Origin: Campylobacterota bacterium
Lineage (GTDB): Bacteria > Campylobacterota > Campylobacteria > Campylobacterales > Sulfurovaceae
Direction of reading: 5' to 3'
NCBI GenBank assembly: GCA_034659695.1
Contig: JAYEHY010000026.1
Coordinates: forward strand, 1-53,562
Length of the DNA: 53,562 nucleotides
The notes below the pieces were generated by a model that searched no databases, was not told the origin of the DNA, and saw nothing but the letters and a program-made list of their open reading frames with translations. The position numbers and the translations under genes are program-made. Within the stretch, counting starts at the first letter, position 1. Each line of letters opens with the position of its first letter. Below are positions 16,987 to 27,665 of this stretch, one piece after another.

Positions 16987-19721
16987 TTGGATAAGGCTAC
17001 AGAGATACTTTCTAATAAAAAGAAACTTTTAACAGAAGTCTATTTTGATTTACAACGTTATTTTGAAGAAAAGTATGGGCGGGATGCTCTAGTTCTTATG
17101 GAGATAGGTACTTTTTTTGAAGTTTATGAAGTGAATAATAATGAGCTTAAAATCGGTAAAGCTAAAGAGATTGCTGAACTTTTAAACATTCAACTCACAA
17201 GAAAAAGTAAAGCTATTCTTGAAAATTCTGTGCATAACCCTCTTCTTGCGGGTGTACCTGCTGTGTCACTTGACCGATACCTCTCTCGACTCATAACTAC
17301 TAAAAAATATACCATTATAGTCGTTAAACAAAAAGGTGAAATGCCTCATATTAAGCGTTACGTCTCTAATATTATCTCTCCTGGTACAAACTTTGAATAC
17401 CTTTGTGAACCAACTGAAAACAACATTGTTTCACTCATTGTAGATGAAAATGCAGGTATATACTCTGTGGGTTATGCAGCAATAGATGTCAGTACAGGAA
17501 AGACTATCTGTAATGAGATACACCCTACAAGAGATGACAAAACCTATGCTCTTGATGAAGCATTTAACCTTTTACAAACCTATACTACATCTGAAGTTAT
17601 TGTAACACTTGAAAGTAAAGAGATAGACCAAACATGGCTAATACACTACCTTGAACTTGAATCTTTGCATTACAGTATTAACAAAAAACGCGTAAAGATA
17701 AATTTTCAAAATGAGCTGTTTATCCGAGTATTCAATATTAACTCTTTTCTCTCTAGTATAGAGTTTTTAGACCTTGAAAGACACCCCTATACTACAGAGT
17801 CTTTAGCTGTACTGATTGCATTTATCATTGAACATGATGAGAGTATTATAGAGAAGATGAATAAACCACAGTTTTTAGGCAACAACCGCTATATGTATGT
17901 TGGTAACAATGCCATGGAGCAACTCTCTGTCATTTCACGTGACCCTTCTGACATTACGCTACTAGACCTCATAGACAAAACCTCTACCGCCTTTGGGAAA
18001 TGTCTGCTTAAAGAGAGACTACTTAACCCCATTTGTGACAAAGAACTTCTTGAAGCACGTTACAACTTAACAGAGCTACTACTGCCTAACATCGACCGTT
18101 TTGAGACACAACTTAAACAGATATATGACCTCGAACGCATTACAAGGCGTATAAAGCTACGCAAGTTACACCCTGTAGAACTTACCTACATTGCCATGTC
18201 ACTTGAAGCTATTTTGAAACTCTTAGACAATGCAAAACTAGAAGGGATAGAAGTAGAGAACCAACTGCACGATGAGACTAAGGAGATGCTTAAAGTACTA
18301 GATGACACCTTTGAACTTGATATCTGTGCAAAGTTTCGTATAGAACAGATAAACGATAACCTTTTTAAGGATGGCATATACCCTGCTATTGATAACATTG
18401 TAAAAAAGCAAGAGAGAGAGGTGAGTAAAATGGATAGTGTAGCTACCCATGTAGAGTCTCTTTTTGAAAAAGAGAAGCTCTTCACAGGAACTACACGCTA
18501 CACCACTATCTCATACTTGGAGAGTGAAGGGTATTTTCTCAACTTAACAAAAAATCGATTTACCATAATAGAGAAGTCTCTAAAAGACTCTTTTGTAACC
18601 ATAGATAATCAACATCACTTTTTTAAAGATTTTCACTATAAATATCTCAAAAATAGTGTGAAAGTACAAGCACCTCTTTTTGAAGATATTACAAGAAACT
18701 ATGAAACAGCTCAAGTAAAGCTGGTCTCTTTAGTGAAGCAACGTTATATTGAGAGTCTTGATTTACTTGAAAATAGGTTTTCATTACTTCTTGAAAAGCT
18801 CATCTCTTTTATAGCTAATATTGATGTAGCGATCTCTAATGCAAAATGTGCTAAAAAAATGAATCTTACTCGTCCCATAATAGAAAAAGGTAATTTTTTT
18901 GAAGCCATTGCCTTACGTCATCCTATTATAGAGTCCAATGATGAAAGGGGTATTTATGTACCCAATGATTTGTATTTAGGAGAAAACAATAACACTTCAC
19001 ACAACCACATAACGCTTAATGCAAGTAATGGAGAAGATGTTTTAGGTGTACTGCTATATGGGATAAACTCTTCAGGAAAATCCTCCTTAATGAAAAGTAT
19101 AGGACTCTGCATTGTATTGGCACAAGCTGGGTTCTTTGTTCCTGCGGTTGAGCTTCGCTTTGGACTTTATGAAAAACTCTTTACGCGCATCGTCTCTCAA
19201 GACAATCTCTATAAAGGACTCTCTACCTTTGCTGTAGAGATGATGGAGCTTAAAAATATATTTAACAGAGCCAATGAACACTCTTTAATCCTAGGAGATG
19301 AGATAAGCCAAGGAACAGAGACTGAGTCCGCACTTGCCATAGTCTCTAGTGCAATTTTAAAACTTATATCTTTAAAGTCTACATTTATATTTGCCACACA
19401 TTTACACCAATTAGAAAATATTTCTCAGCTACAAAATATAAAGCAACTAAGCAGACAAAAAACAGTAAATACCATAAAGATTTATATATAGGAAAATGTG
19501 CATTATGCGATAAAAATGTTGAAGATGTGCATCATATTGTAGAACAAAAAAATGCAAATAGCAGTGGACACATAGAGCATTTTCATAAAAACCACAAATA
19601 CAATCTCATCCCTCTTTGCAAAAATCACCACAACATGGTACACGAAGGTAAAATTATAATTTCAGGTTTTGTAATGACATCTAAGGGGTTAAAATTGCAC
19701 TGGGATGAAAAAAATGAGTAA
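16987..19721 (+). pseudogene. mutS: MutS7-type MutS-HNH fusion, disrupted (deletion plus frameshift near 19450-19465)
   Basis: IGTFFEVY mismatch domain, GINSSGKS Walker [22 protein letters not shown]. The -1 frame continues [39 protein letters not shown] (HNH). Promoter TGGTAAAAT at 16953. Confidence 0.8.
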
Positions 19722-19742
19722 AATATTCAAAAGGAGTTAATA

Positions 19743-19865
19743 ATGGCTAATTTAGATGAATTTGAACTTGATATATTAAAGAGTGTAGAGGAGATGGAGA
19801 GTGGGGAAAGCAAAGCTAGTATTGCTATCAAGCATTCCCAACAAGGAGAGTTGGAAACGAGTTAA
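19743..19865 (+). pseudogene. Short ORF, probable remnant of a CopG/BrnA-like antitoxin
   Basis: SD AAGGAG then MANLDEFELDILKSVE..., with DGEW in a shifted frame; only 40 aa; family call from recollection. Confidence 0.4.
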
Positions 19866-19884
19866 AAGATTAGGTGCTATAGAC

Positions 19885-20436
19885 CTATTTCTTTAATGGA
19901 GTTACATACATGTTGATATAACGACCTTCTTGACTAGCTTTACTCTCTAGGTTACCTACATCTTCTAACATTGGCCATATACGGTTAAGTACATCTATAC
20001 CCCATTCGGGATTTGCCATTTCACGTCCTCTAAGGAAGACACGAAGTTTTACATGCTTTCCTTGATCTAAGAACTCTCTAGCATGCTTTACTTTATAGCT
20101 GATGTCATTGTCAGCAATTTTACAAGAGAACTTTACTTCTTTAACTTCTATCTTCTTTTGGTTCTTTCTTGCCTCTTTTTTCTTCTTTTCAAGTTCGTAC
20201 TTGTATTTACCGTAGTCCATGATCTTTGCAACAGGAGGTTTTGCATCAGGTGACATAAGCACAAGGTCTAAACCTTTCTCATTGGCTATATCCATCGCTT
20301 CATTACGAGAGATAATACCAAACTGCTCCCCATCATTGCCAAGAACACGGAGTTCATTAATTCTAATAGCATCATTCATGATGGTATCATCAGGCTTTTT
20401 TCTTCCTCTGTTGTTTCTGTCGTTTTGTCTACTCAA
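19885..20436 (-). CDS. infC: Translation initiation factor IF-3
   Basis: PPVAKIMDYGKYKYE, KEVKF, VFLRGRE; TTG start overlapping thrS stop. Confidence 0.98.
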   Translation of the reverse strand: MSRQNDRNNRGRKKPDDTIMNDAIRINELRVLGNDGEQFGIISRNEAMDIANEKGLDLVLMSPDAKPPVAKIMDYGKYKYELEKKKKEARKNQKKIEVKEVKFSCKIADNDISYKVKHAREFLDQGKHVKLRVFLRGREMANPEWGIDVLNRIWPMLEDVGNLESKASQEGRYINMYVTPLKK

Positions 20437-22247
20437 ATCTTTCCTTCTTGAAGTTGTTGTGTTAATTCTACCATAAATTCATCTTGAGTAAGATTATACT
20501 GTTCCCTAGTTCTTCTGTTTCTTATCGCAACAGTGTTACCTTGAACCTCTTCATCCCCAATAATCACTACATACGGCACTCTTTGCTTCTCAGCTGTTCT
20601 AATACGTTTGTTGAGAGAATCATTTTTATCATACACTTCTGAATCTATCCCCTCAAGCATCAATGTTTTCTTAAGCGATTTAGCATAAGCTATATGACTC
20701 TCAGAAATAGGAACAAAGATAACTTGCGTAGGAGCTAAGAAGAATGGAAACTCTCCAGCATAATGCTCAACCAAAATAGCAATAAATCTTTCAAATGAAC
20801 CTAAAATTGCACGGTGTATCATGACAGGTTGCTTACGTGTATTGTCTTCAGCTACATACTCTACACCAAATCTTTCAGGTAAATTAAAATCTACTTGAAT
20901 CGTACCACACTGCCATTTACGACCAAGTGCATCGGTAATTTTTACATCTATTTTAGGACCATAAAATGCTCCACCACCTTCATCTATGGTAAATGGTAAA
21001 TTGTTTTGTGTCAATGCATCTTTAAGACCCTGTGTAGCTAAGTCCCAAACATCATCTTCCCCGATGGCTTTTTCTGGCTTCGTTGCCACTTCCATAGTGT
21101 AGTCAAAACCAAAAAGTTTCATCACAGAATCAACAAACTCTACTACCTCTATGACCTCAGTTGCTATCTGGTCTGGAGCACAGAAGATATGTGCATCATC
21201 TTGCGTAAACTCTCTTACACGAAGAAGCCCATGAAGAACTCCAGACTTCTCATGTCTATGAACTACACCATATTCATAAAATTTTACAGGAAGGTCTCTA
21301 TAGCTTTTTTGCTCTTGTTTAAAAATTTGAATATGCCCAATACAGTTCATAGGCTTAATACCATACTCTTGCTCATCAATTGTTGTAAGATACATATTTT
21401 CACCATAACATGCATAGTGTCCTGATGTTCTCCACATATCTGCTTTAAGCATCTCTGGACCTCTTACAGGCTCATATCCTCTTACACGGTGTGCTTTATG
21501 AAGTATCTCTTCAAGTTTTGCTCTAAGTTTTGCTCCTTGAGGCATCCAGAAGGGAAGTCCTGCTCCTGACGCTTCATCAAACATAAAGAGATTCATCTCT
21601 GCACCAATTTTACGATGATCACGTTTTTTCGCCTCTTCAAGCATTGTCATATGAGCTTTGAGTGACTCTTTATCTGCAAATGCTATACCATAAATACGCG
21701 TAAGCATCTCTTCATTTTCATCACCACCAAGGTATGCACCAGCAACACGAGTAAGTTTAAAGTTATGTAAAAATCTTAATGCAGGAACATGAGGTCCACG
21801 ACATAGGTCTTCAAAATCCCCTTGCTTATAAATAGAAAGTGTTTCATCTTCAATACGAGACATAACTCTTAATTTCAAGTCATCATCTTTGAACTTTTCC
21901 AAAGCTTCAATTTTACTCATTTCGTACTTTTCTATTTTGTACTTTTTCTTAATGAGTTCTTTCATCTTCTTTTCAATGGTTTTTAAATCATTTTCACCTA
22001 TCTGCTCATCGATTCTAAAGTCATAATAAAAACCTTCATCTACTACAGGTCCTACAAAAAACTTTGAGTTAGGGTAGAGTTCTGTAATAGCTTGTGCCAT
22101 TAAGTGTGCTGTAGAGTGGCGGATAATTTCTAATGCATTATCGCTGTTATCATACTCTATTGGGGTAGCTGTACAGTTTTCACCTGCACTTTGCGTATCT
22201 AATATATTGCCTTGGTCATCTATATAACCGATAAGATTTTCACTCAA
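20433..22247 (-). CDS. thrS: Threonine--tRNA ligase
   Basis: HSTAHLMAQA, DLCRGPH, KPMNC, LRVREFTQDDAHIFC, GAFYGPK, HRAILGSFERF. Confidence 0.99.
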   Translation of the reverse strand: MSENLIGYIDDQGNILDTQSAGENCTATPIEYDNSDNALEIIRHSTAHLMAQAITELYPNSKFFVGPVVDEGFYYDFRIDEQIGENDLKTIEKKMKELIKKKYKIEKYEMSKIEALEKFKDDDLKLRVMSRIEDETLSIYKQGDFEDLCRGPHVPALRFLHNFKLTRVAGAYLGGDENEEMLTRIYGIAFADKESLKAHMTMLEEAKKRDHRKIGAEMNLFMFDEASGAGLPFWMPQGAKLRAKLEEILHKAHRVRGYEPVRGPEMLKADMWRTSGHYACYGENMYLTTIDEQEYGIKPMNCIGHIQIFKQEQKSYRDLPVKFYEYGVVHRHEKSGVLHGLLRVREFTQDDAHIFCAPDQIATEVIEVVEFVDSVMKLFGFDYTMEVATKPEKAIGEDDVWDLATQGLKDALTQNNLPFTIDEGGGAFYGPKIDVKITDALGRKWQCGTIQVDFNLPERFGVEYVAEDNTRKQPVMIHRAILGSFERFIAILVEHYAGEFPFFLAPTQVIFVPISESHIAYAKSLKKTLMLEGIDSEVYDKNDSLNKRIRTAEKQRVPYVVIIGDEEVQGNTVAIRNRRTREQYNLTQDEFMVELTQQLQEGKI

Positions 22248-22264
22248 ATTAAACCTTTATGTAT

Positions 22265-22283
22265 CACAGCCTACAATGCCGTG
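22265..22283 (-). promoter_or_regulatory. tRNA-Thr anticodon-mimic hairpin (candidate thrS translational operator)
   Basis: mRNA CACGGC-AUUGUAG-GCUGUG: 7-nt loop with central UGU, U 5' and A 3', ending 6 nt before SD AAAGG; -10 TATAAT at 22305-22300. Confidence 0.55.
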
Positions 22284-22312
22284 CGTTAAAAATGCAGTTA
22301 TTATAGCTAAAA

Positions 22313-23383
22313 TTAACTTTTAATATCACTGTAAAGCATATGATAAGTATTTGGTGTTTTTTTCGCTATATACATTGCATCATCTGCATACTTACTAAGC
22401 ATCATCTCTACACCTCCACTATTAGGGGTAAGACCTCTAATATCATCTGGATACACACTTACCCCCATACTCAATTCTATAAGTACTGTTACCTCATTTA
22501 CCGTATGATCTCCGATGACAGTATCTTCTAACTTTTTTAAGAACTTTGGTAGAAAGATTTTCTTTCTTCTACTTATGATAACAAACTCATCACCTCCAAG
22601 TCGTGCAAGGAAGTCTTCACTACTCATATTATTTTGCAATCTTTTTGAAACTTCTATCAATACCTCATCTCCAACATCATGTCCATACGTATCATTAATC
22701 GCTTTGAATTTATTAAGATCGATAAAGAGTAAAGAGAAAAATTCTTTTTGCTTTAAAGTAGCGTCCATTACCTCTTTATACATTTTTCTGTTTGCAAGTC
22801 CTGTTAAGGCATCATGGTTTGCATCATGCTCTGTTGTGGTAAGTATTTCACTCAGTTCATCATTTTTCTCATGTACTTTATCTATAAATTTCAAATAAAA
22901 CAGCGGTATCAAAAATGTAGTCATTGCAAATGTTGCAATAATATCATGCTCTTCTCCCCAATATGAAGAGTAAAACAGAAGCAGTATCCATGAGATACTT
23001 GCCAAAATAATACTTGTATAAAAATATCCAATACCAAAACTTAAACCATTTTGCATCACAATAATAAGATAAAGAGGTAGGAGAAAAAGTCCATTCTCTT
23101 CAAATATTGCAATAAAAAAGGTTACAACAGCCAAATCTAGTAAAATTAACAGTATTTTTCTAACTATGACAAAAGTTGTAGATTTTCGTAAAATAAAAAG
23201 GTAATGCCCCATAGAGATAAGCAGTGTTCCTACTAAAGCCACTTTAACCAAAAAGACTTTAGAAGCGAGTTGAGCATCTACTTGCTCAACAATAATCAGA
23301 CTGAAGAAAGTAAGTATAAATAAAACTATCAATCTTATACTTGCATACTGCTTCTCTGCTTGATAGTAAAAATTTGATTTCAT
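22313..23383 (-). CDS. Membrane-bound diguanylate cyclase
   Basis: N-terminal TM helices; DALTGLANR, FIDLNKFKAINDTYGH, RLGGDEF. Confidence 0.93.
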   Translation of the reverse strand: MKSNFYYQAEKQYASIRLIVLFILTFFSLIIVEQVDAQLASKVFLVKVALVGTLLISMGHYLFILRKSTTFVIVRKILLILLDLAVVTFFIAIFEENGLFLLPLYLIIVMQNGLSFGIGYFYTSIILASISWILLLFYSSYWGEEHDIIATFAMTTFLIPLFYLKFIDKVHEKNDELSEILTTTEHDANHDALTGLANRKMYKEVMDATLKQKEFFSLLFIDLNKFKAINDTYGHDVGDEVLIEVSKRLQNNMSSEDFLARLGGDEFVIISRRKKIFLPKFLKKLEDTVIGDHTVNEVTVLIELSMGVSVYPDDIRGLTPNSGGVEMMLSKYADDAMYIAKKTPNTYHMLYSDIKS

Positions 23384-23471
23384 AATAATACCCTACTTAT
23401 AAATAGTTAAGTTATTATTGCAACTTTCAAAAACTGAGATATTGATAAATTTAGGGAATATTGAGTTAAAG

Positions 23472-23547
23472 TGGTGCTCGCTACAGGACTTGAACCTGTG
23501 ACTTCCACCATGTCATAGTGGCACTCTACCAACTGAGTTAAGCGAGC
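23472..23547 (-). tRNA. tRNA-Val(GAC)
   Basis: GCTCGCT/AGCGAGC acceptor, CCACT-ATGACAT-GGTGG, GTTCAAGTC, CCA. Confidence 0.96.
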
Positions 23548-23611
23548 ATTTTGTAGGGTAGAAGTATAACCAAAAAAACTTTATATTAAAAAGCTTCATC
23601 GTTAAAAAAGC

Positions 23612-24361
23612 TTAGTTGATAAATGTTTGAGCAACAAAAGTTTTTGTCACCTTACCACCAAAACGATAGACACCCTCTTCATAACTTACATAGAGTTCAT
23701 CTTCACTTTTAGGGTGTACTTTCACTTGGTCAGCTACCTTTCCCTCTTTATGGTTACGAATAAAACATGCCACCATACCTGTACCACAAGCCAAAGTTTC
23801 ATCTTCCACACCACGCTCATAAGTTCTTACATACATGGTATCACCCTCTACTTTACAAATGTTTACATTACAGTTATATTTTTCTCTAAGCATACGAGCT
23901 TGCTTAAGGTCAAAAGTATCAAGATTTTCTCTTACTGCAACTAAGTGCGGTACACCTGAGTCTATAAGCCACCAACTCTCACCCTCTTCTATAATGTCTT
24001 CTCTTTGAATATCTGGTTCTACCATGTCACTTACTACATAGAGTCCATTTACCGTTGCCTTGATAACCCCTGCACCTGTTAAAAACTCAGATACACCTTC
24101 TGTAGAAATACCCTTCTCCTGTGCGAAATGTGCCACACAACGAGAAGCATTTCCACACATGGCAGCGTAGCTTCCATCTGAGTTATAAAACTCCCACTCA
24201 AAATCATATGTTTCATGTGGCAACAATACTACCAAGCCATCTGCCCCTACACCATTTTGTCTATGACACAGTTTTCTTGCAAGTTCTGACCTATCTTCTT
24301 TATGTTTTGCAACAAACATTACAAAATCATTTCCATTACCTGAGTATTTAGTTACCGTCAC
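23612..24361 (-). CDS. dapF: Diaminopimelate epimerase
   Basis: GNGNDF, NSDGSYAAMCGNASRC, RTYERGVEDETLACGTG. Confidence 0.97.
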   Translation of the reverse strand: MTVTKYSGNGNDFVMFVAKHKEDRSELARKLCHRQNGVGADGLVVLLPHETYDFEWEFYNSDGSYAAMCGNASRCVAHFAQEKGISTEGVSEFLTGAGVIKATVNGLYVVSDMVEPDIQREDIIEEGESWWLIDSGVPHLVAVRENLDTFDLKQARMLREKYNCNVNICKVEGDTMYVRTYERGVEDETLACGTGMVACFIRNHKEGKVADQVKVHPKSEDELYVSYEEGVYRFGGKVTKTFVAQTFIN

Positions 24362-24954
24362 CTGAAATCTCCCAAAATTTGTTCTTTTATTTTTATATAT
24401 TCATCTTTAAGTGCATCTTTATCCCTTCTGTTATCTATAAGATATGTAGCACTTTTTCTCTTCTGCTCTATAGATATTTGCGAAGCGATACGTTTGCCTG
24501 CCTCTTCTTCTGCAGAATCATCCCTTTGCATAAGCCGTTCTAACTGCTTTAGAGGTGTCGTATAGATGACTAAAATACGCTCCATAGGGTAACGCTTTCC
24601 CCCTTCAAAAAAGAGTGGTATATCTACAAAATAAGGCTTTTTAAGTCTCTCTTGCTTCTTCGCTTGAGCTATAATTTCATTGTAAATAAGTGGATGAAGT
24701 AACGCTTCAAGCTCTCTTCTTTTTACAGGATTTGAAAAAATCATAGCCCCTAAAGCTTTTCTATCTACCACTTGCTCTTTAACCAAGAAGTTACCAAATA
24801 TATCTGCTATTGCTTTATGCTGCTGATTAAGTATTTTATGGGCTATTTTATCTGCATCAATAACAGCAAATCCATCTTCCTTAAGAAGTTTCGCAACAGA
24901 ACTCTTCCCTGTAGCAATGCTCCCTGTCAAAACAATAGCGTACTCAAATGCCAT
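24358..24954 (-). CDS. coaE: Dephospho-CoA kinase
   Basis: LTGSIATGKS, IDADKIAH, DIPLFFE. Confidence 0.96.
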   Translation of the reverse strand: MAFEYAIVLTGSIATGKSSVAKLLKEDGFAVIDADKIAHKILNQQHKAIADIFGNFLVKEQVVDRKALGAMIFSNPVKRRELEALLHPLIYNEIIAQAKKQERLKKPYFVDIPLFFEGGKRYPMERILVIYTTPLKQLERLMQRDDSAEEEAGKRIASQISIEQKRKSATYLIDNRRDKDALKDEYIKIKEQILGDFR

Positions 24955-24967
24955 GTTTAATCAGAAA

Positions 24968-26659
24968 CTACCATTTACGAGAAGAGGCTATTTGCATTTT
25001 ATCATAGCCATAGATGTCATCTCTGTATTGGAGTACGCCATCATAATCTACCCATGTGGTTAAATATACTACATCTACAGGCACTGTACTGTCTAAGGGA
25101 AGATAGGTTCTTTTTCTTCCTTTTAGTACCTTTTTAGATTTTGTATAATTTACATTTTTATTAAAGGTTGAAAAAGTTTCAAGTAACTTTCTAGGTTTAT
25201 GCAGACGGATACAGCCATGACTAAATGCTCTTACATTTCTGTTAAAAAGTTTTTTGTTAGGGGTATCGTGCATATAGACAGCAAACTTGTTAGGAAACAA
25301 AAACTTCACTTTACCCAGAGCATTTCTAGTGCCTGGCACTTGTGCAAAACGAAAAGGCATACGCTTACTGTAACGGTATTGACTCCAGTTTACAGAACTA
25401 CCACTTATTTTTTTAGCATTTTTACCCCATCCTGTATGAATCTCTATCCCTTTTCTTGCCATTGCATTAGGGTTTCTCATAAGTTTAGGAATCATCTCTT
25501 TTTGAATAATACTTCTAGGTATATTCCAATAAGGGTTAAGTACAATTGTTTTCACTAGGTTAGAGAAAATAGGTGTAGGATGTTTTTTCTTACCTACAAT
25601 GACCCTCATTGTTTGCCTAAGCTTATCATCTTCTTCAAAGTAGAGTCTGAATGCCGGTATATTGATAATGACATGACGTTTTGCATTACGCTCATTAAGC
25701 CACTTAATGCGGTCTAAGTTTACTTTGATGGTAGCAATATATTCATCTACAGTTTTTTCTAATGCCTTACGTGTTCTCTTTCCTATAACTCCTTTAGCAA
25801 TAAATCCGTTTCTATTTTGAAAACGAATCACTGCTTTTTTAAGACATTCATCATAAAGGGTACTCTGGTTACTCTCTTCTGTCTGCTCTTCACAACTTGT
25901 ATAATCACCAGAGATGCGTAGTCTTTCACGTATTTGCACAACTGATTCATGACTTTTACCTGGCTTTAGTGTAGTTTTTAACGCTATTAGTGGCCACCCT
26001 CCACTCTCTTTTATGGCGATATGTCTATCAAGTGCTTTTTTTAATGCTTTATATCGATATTTATTGGGTTCTGCTTGAGAAAAAGCCTGTTTTAAACTTC
26101 CACTCATCATAGCATTGTCTATCAATTTTAAAGGGCTAACTTCAGGTTTATGCGTTATCCAACCCGCCGTAATAGCATTTACTCTAAGGTTTGAGAGTCT
26201 TGCTTGAAATGCACCCCAGTTGATACTTCCATAAAGCGTATAATTGGCATAGTCTTGGTAAAGGTTACTTAGTTTAAACTCCAACCCTACTGCATCTGCA
26301 CTACTCATACTAGAGCTATATAGAAGTTGCATCTCATACTCTAATGCTAAGCTTTTTTTATAAAGTGTACTGTTTCTGTCTAAACTGCTATCTTCTTTAA
26401 TAGAAGAGAGCAGCTCACTTGCTAACACTGACGCTTTCTCTTTCCCCATCCAAAGAGGAACAAAAAAAGTTTGTGTATAGAGTTTACGTAAAAAACTATT
26501 TTTTGGTTGCGTCTGCAACTTCTCCATCATGACATCTGACATAGATTCATGAAATGCTACATTCTGCGTATTTGCATAAAGACTTTCATTAAACACCAAT
26601 AGAGAAAAAATCCCTACTCCCATAAGCAATTGCATTACTTTTTTTCTTAATTTTATCAT
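24968..26659 (-). CDS. L,D-transpeptidase (YcbB/LdtD-like) with PG-binding domain
   Basis: INIPAF, VIVGKK..TP, NPYWNIP, VYMHDTP..FSHGCIRL. Confidence 0.93.
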   Translation of the reverse strand: MIKLRKKVMQLLMGVGIFSLLVFNESLYANTQNVAFHESMSDVMMEKLQTQPKNSFLRKLYTQTFFVPLWMGKEKASVLASELLSSIKEDSSLDRNSTLYKKSLALEYEMQLLYSSSMSSADAVGLEFKLSNLYQDYANYTLYGSINWGAFQARLSNLRVNAITAGWITHKPEVSPLKLIDNAMMSGSLKQAFSQAEPNKYRYKALKKALDRHIAIKESGGWPLIALKTTLKPGKSHESVVQIRERLRISGDYTSCEEQTEESNQSTLYDECLKKAVIRFQNRNGFIAKGVIGKRTRKALEKTVDEYIATIKVNLDRIKWLNERNAKRHVIINIPAFRLYFEEDDKLRQTMRVIVGKKKHPTPIFSNLVKTIVLNPYWNIPRSIIQKEMIPKLMRNPNAMARKGIEIHTGWGKNAKKISGSSVNWSQYRYSKRMPFRFAQVPGTRNALGKVKFLFPNKFAVYMHDTPNKKLFNRNVRAFSHGCIRLHKPRKLLETFSTFNKNVNYTKSKKVLKGRKRTYLPLDSTVPVDVVYLTTWVDYDGVLQYRDDIYGYDKMQIASSRKW

Positions 26660-26741
26660 TTCATCTCACCCATAAAAATTTTAATAGCTATAGTATATCA
26701 AAATAGCATAAAAGAAGTATTTTTTATGCTAAAATATTATT

Positions 26742-27665
26742 ATGTATTTTACATTTGGCTCACTATACTTCCTAGTACTGTTACTCTTTCTACCCTGCTT
26801 CTTATGGTGCAAACAATACAACAAAATTTATTATTTCCCAAAACTAGCGTGGATAACAAAACAGACTCCTCTACTTAGTTGGGAGCCGTGGCTTAAAATG
26901 TCTCTTTTTTCTCTTATGGTATTGGCTCTGTCAAAACCTTTTGTTTATGATGCAAAGAACACCCAGCATAAAAAAGGCAGAGACCTCATTTTAGCCATAG
27001 ATGCCAGTGGCTCTATGGCACAAAGTGGATTCAATGAAAAAGAGCAGCTTAAAAATAAATATGAAACCACCATAAAACTCTCTCAAGCATTTACCAAAAA
27101 TCGTTTTGATGACAATATGGGTGTCGTAGTTTTTGGTACATTTTCTTACACCGCTTCTCCTTTAACGTATGATTTAGAAGCCTTAAACTATCTACTTGAA
27201 ATGACCACTGTGGGTTTAGCAGGAGAGAGTACAGCCATTGGTGATGCACTTATGCAATCTATACGTACACTCTCTTATGGTGAAGCAAAAAACCAAGCCA
27301 TTATTTTACTTACAGATGGTTATCACAATGCAGGAAGAGACTCACCCTTATTTGCTGTAAACAAAGCAAAAGCCCTGGGCATTAAAATTTACACCATAGG
27401 CATTGGGAAGAAATCAGACTATGATGTCGCCCTACTTGAGACTATTGCAAAGGAGAGTGGAGCAAAAAGTTACCATGCAAGTGAAGCAAGTGAGTTAAGT
27501 AAAATCTACAAAGAGATTAACCACCTTGAACCTAGCCCTATACGAAGTGAAAACTACCTCAACCAAAAACTACTGATATTTTTCCCTTTAGTTTTAGTTG
27601 TTATACTACTTTTACTTTGGATACTCGCACCTAAAAGCATCAAGCTTCTAAAGGCTAAAGTATGA
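26742..27665 (+). CDS. BatA-like vWA membrane protein
   Basis: MIDAS DASGSM, TAIGDAL, LLTDG, YTIGIG; N- and C-terminal TM. Confidence 0.9.
   Translation: MYFTFGSLYFLVLLLFLPCFLWCKQYNKIYYFPKLAWITKQTPLLSWEPWLKMSLFSLMVLALSKPFVYDAKNTQHKKGRDLILAIDASGSMAQSGFNEKEQLKNKYETTIKLSQAFTKNRFDDNMGVVVFGTFSYTASPLTYDLEALNYLLEMTTVGLAGESTAIGDALMQSIRTLSYGEAKNQAIILLTDGYHNAGRDSPLFAVNKAKALGIKIYTIGIGKKSDYDVALLETIAKESGAKSYHASEASELSKIYKEINHLEPSPIRSENYLNQKLLIFFPLVLVVILLLLWILAPKSIKLLKAKV

Noticed and set aside
19456-19464. Programmed -1 frameshift producing MutS-HNH
   Set aside because: Codon phase CAA-AAA-ACA is not an X-XXY-YYZ heptamer, and an upstream conserved segment is also missing
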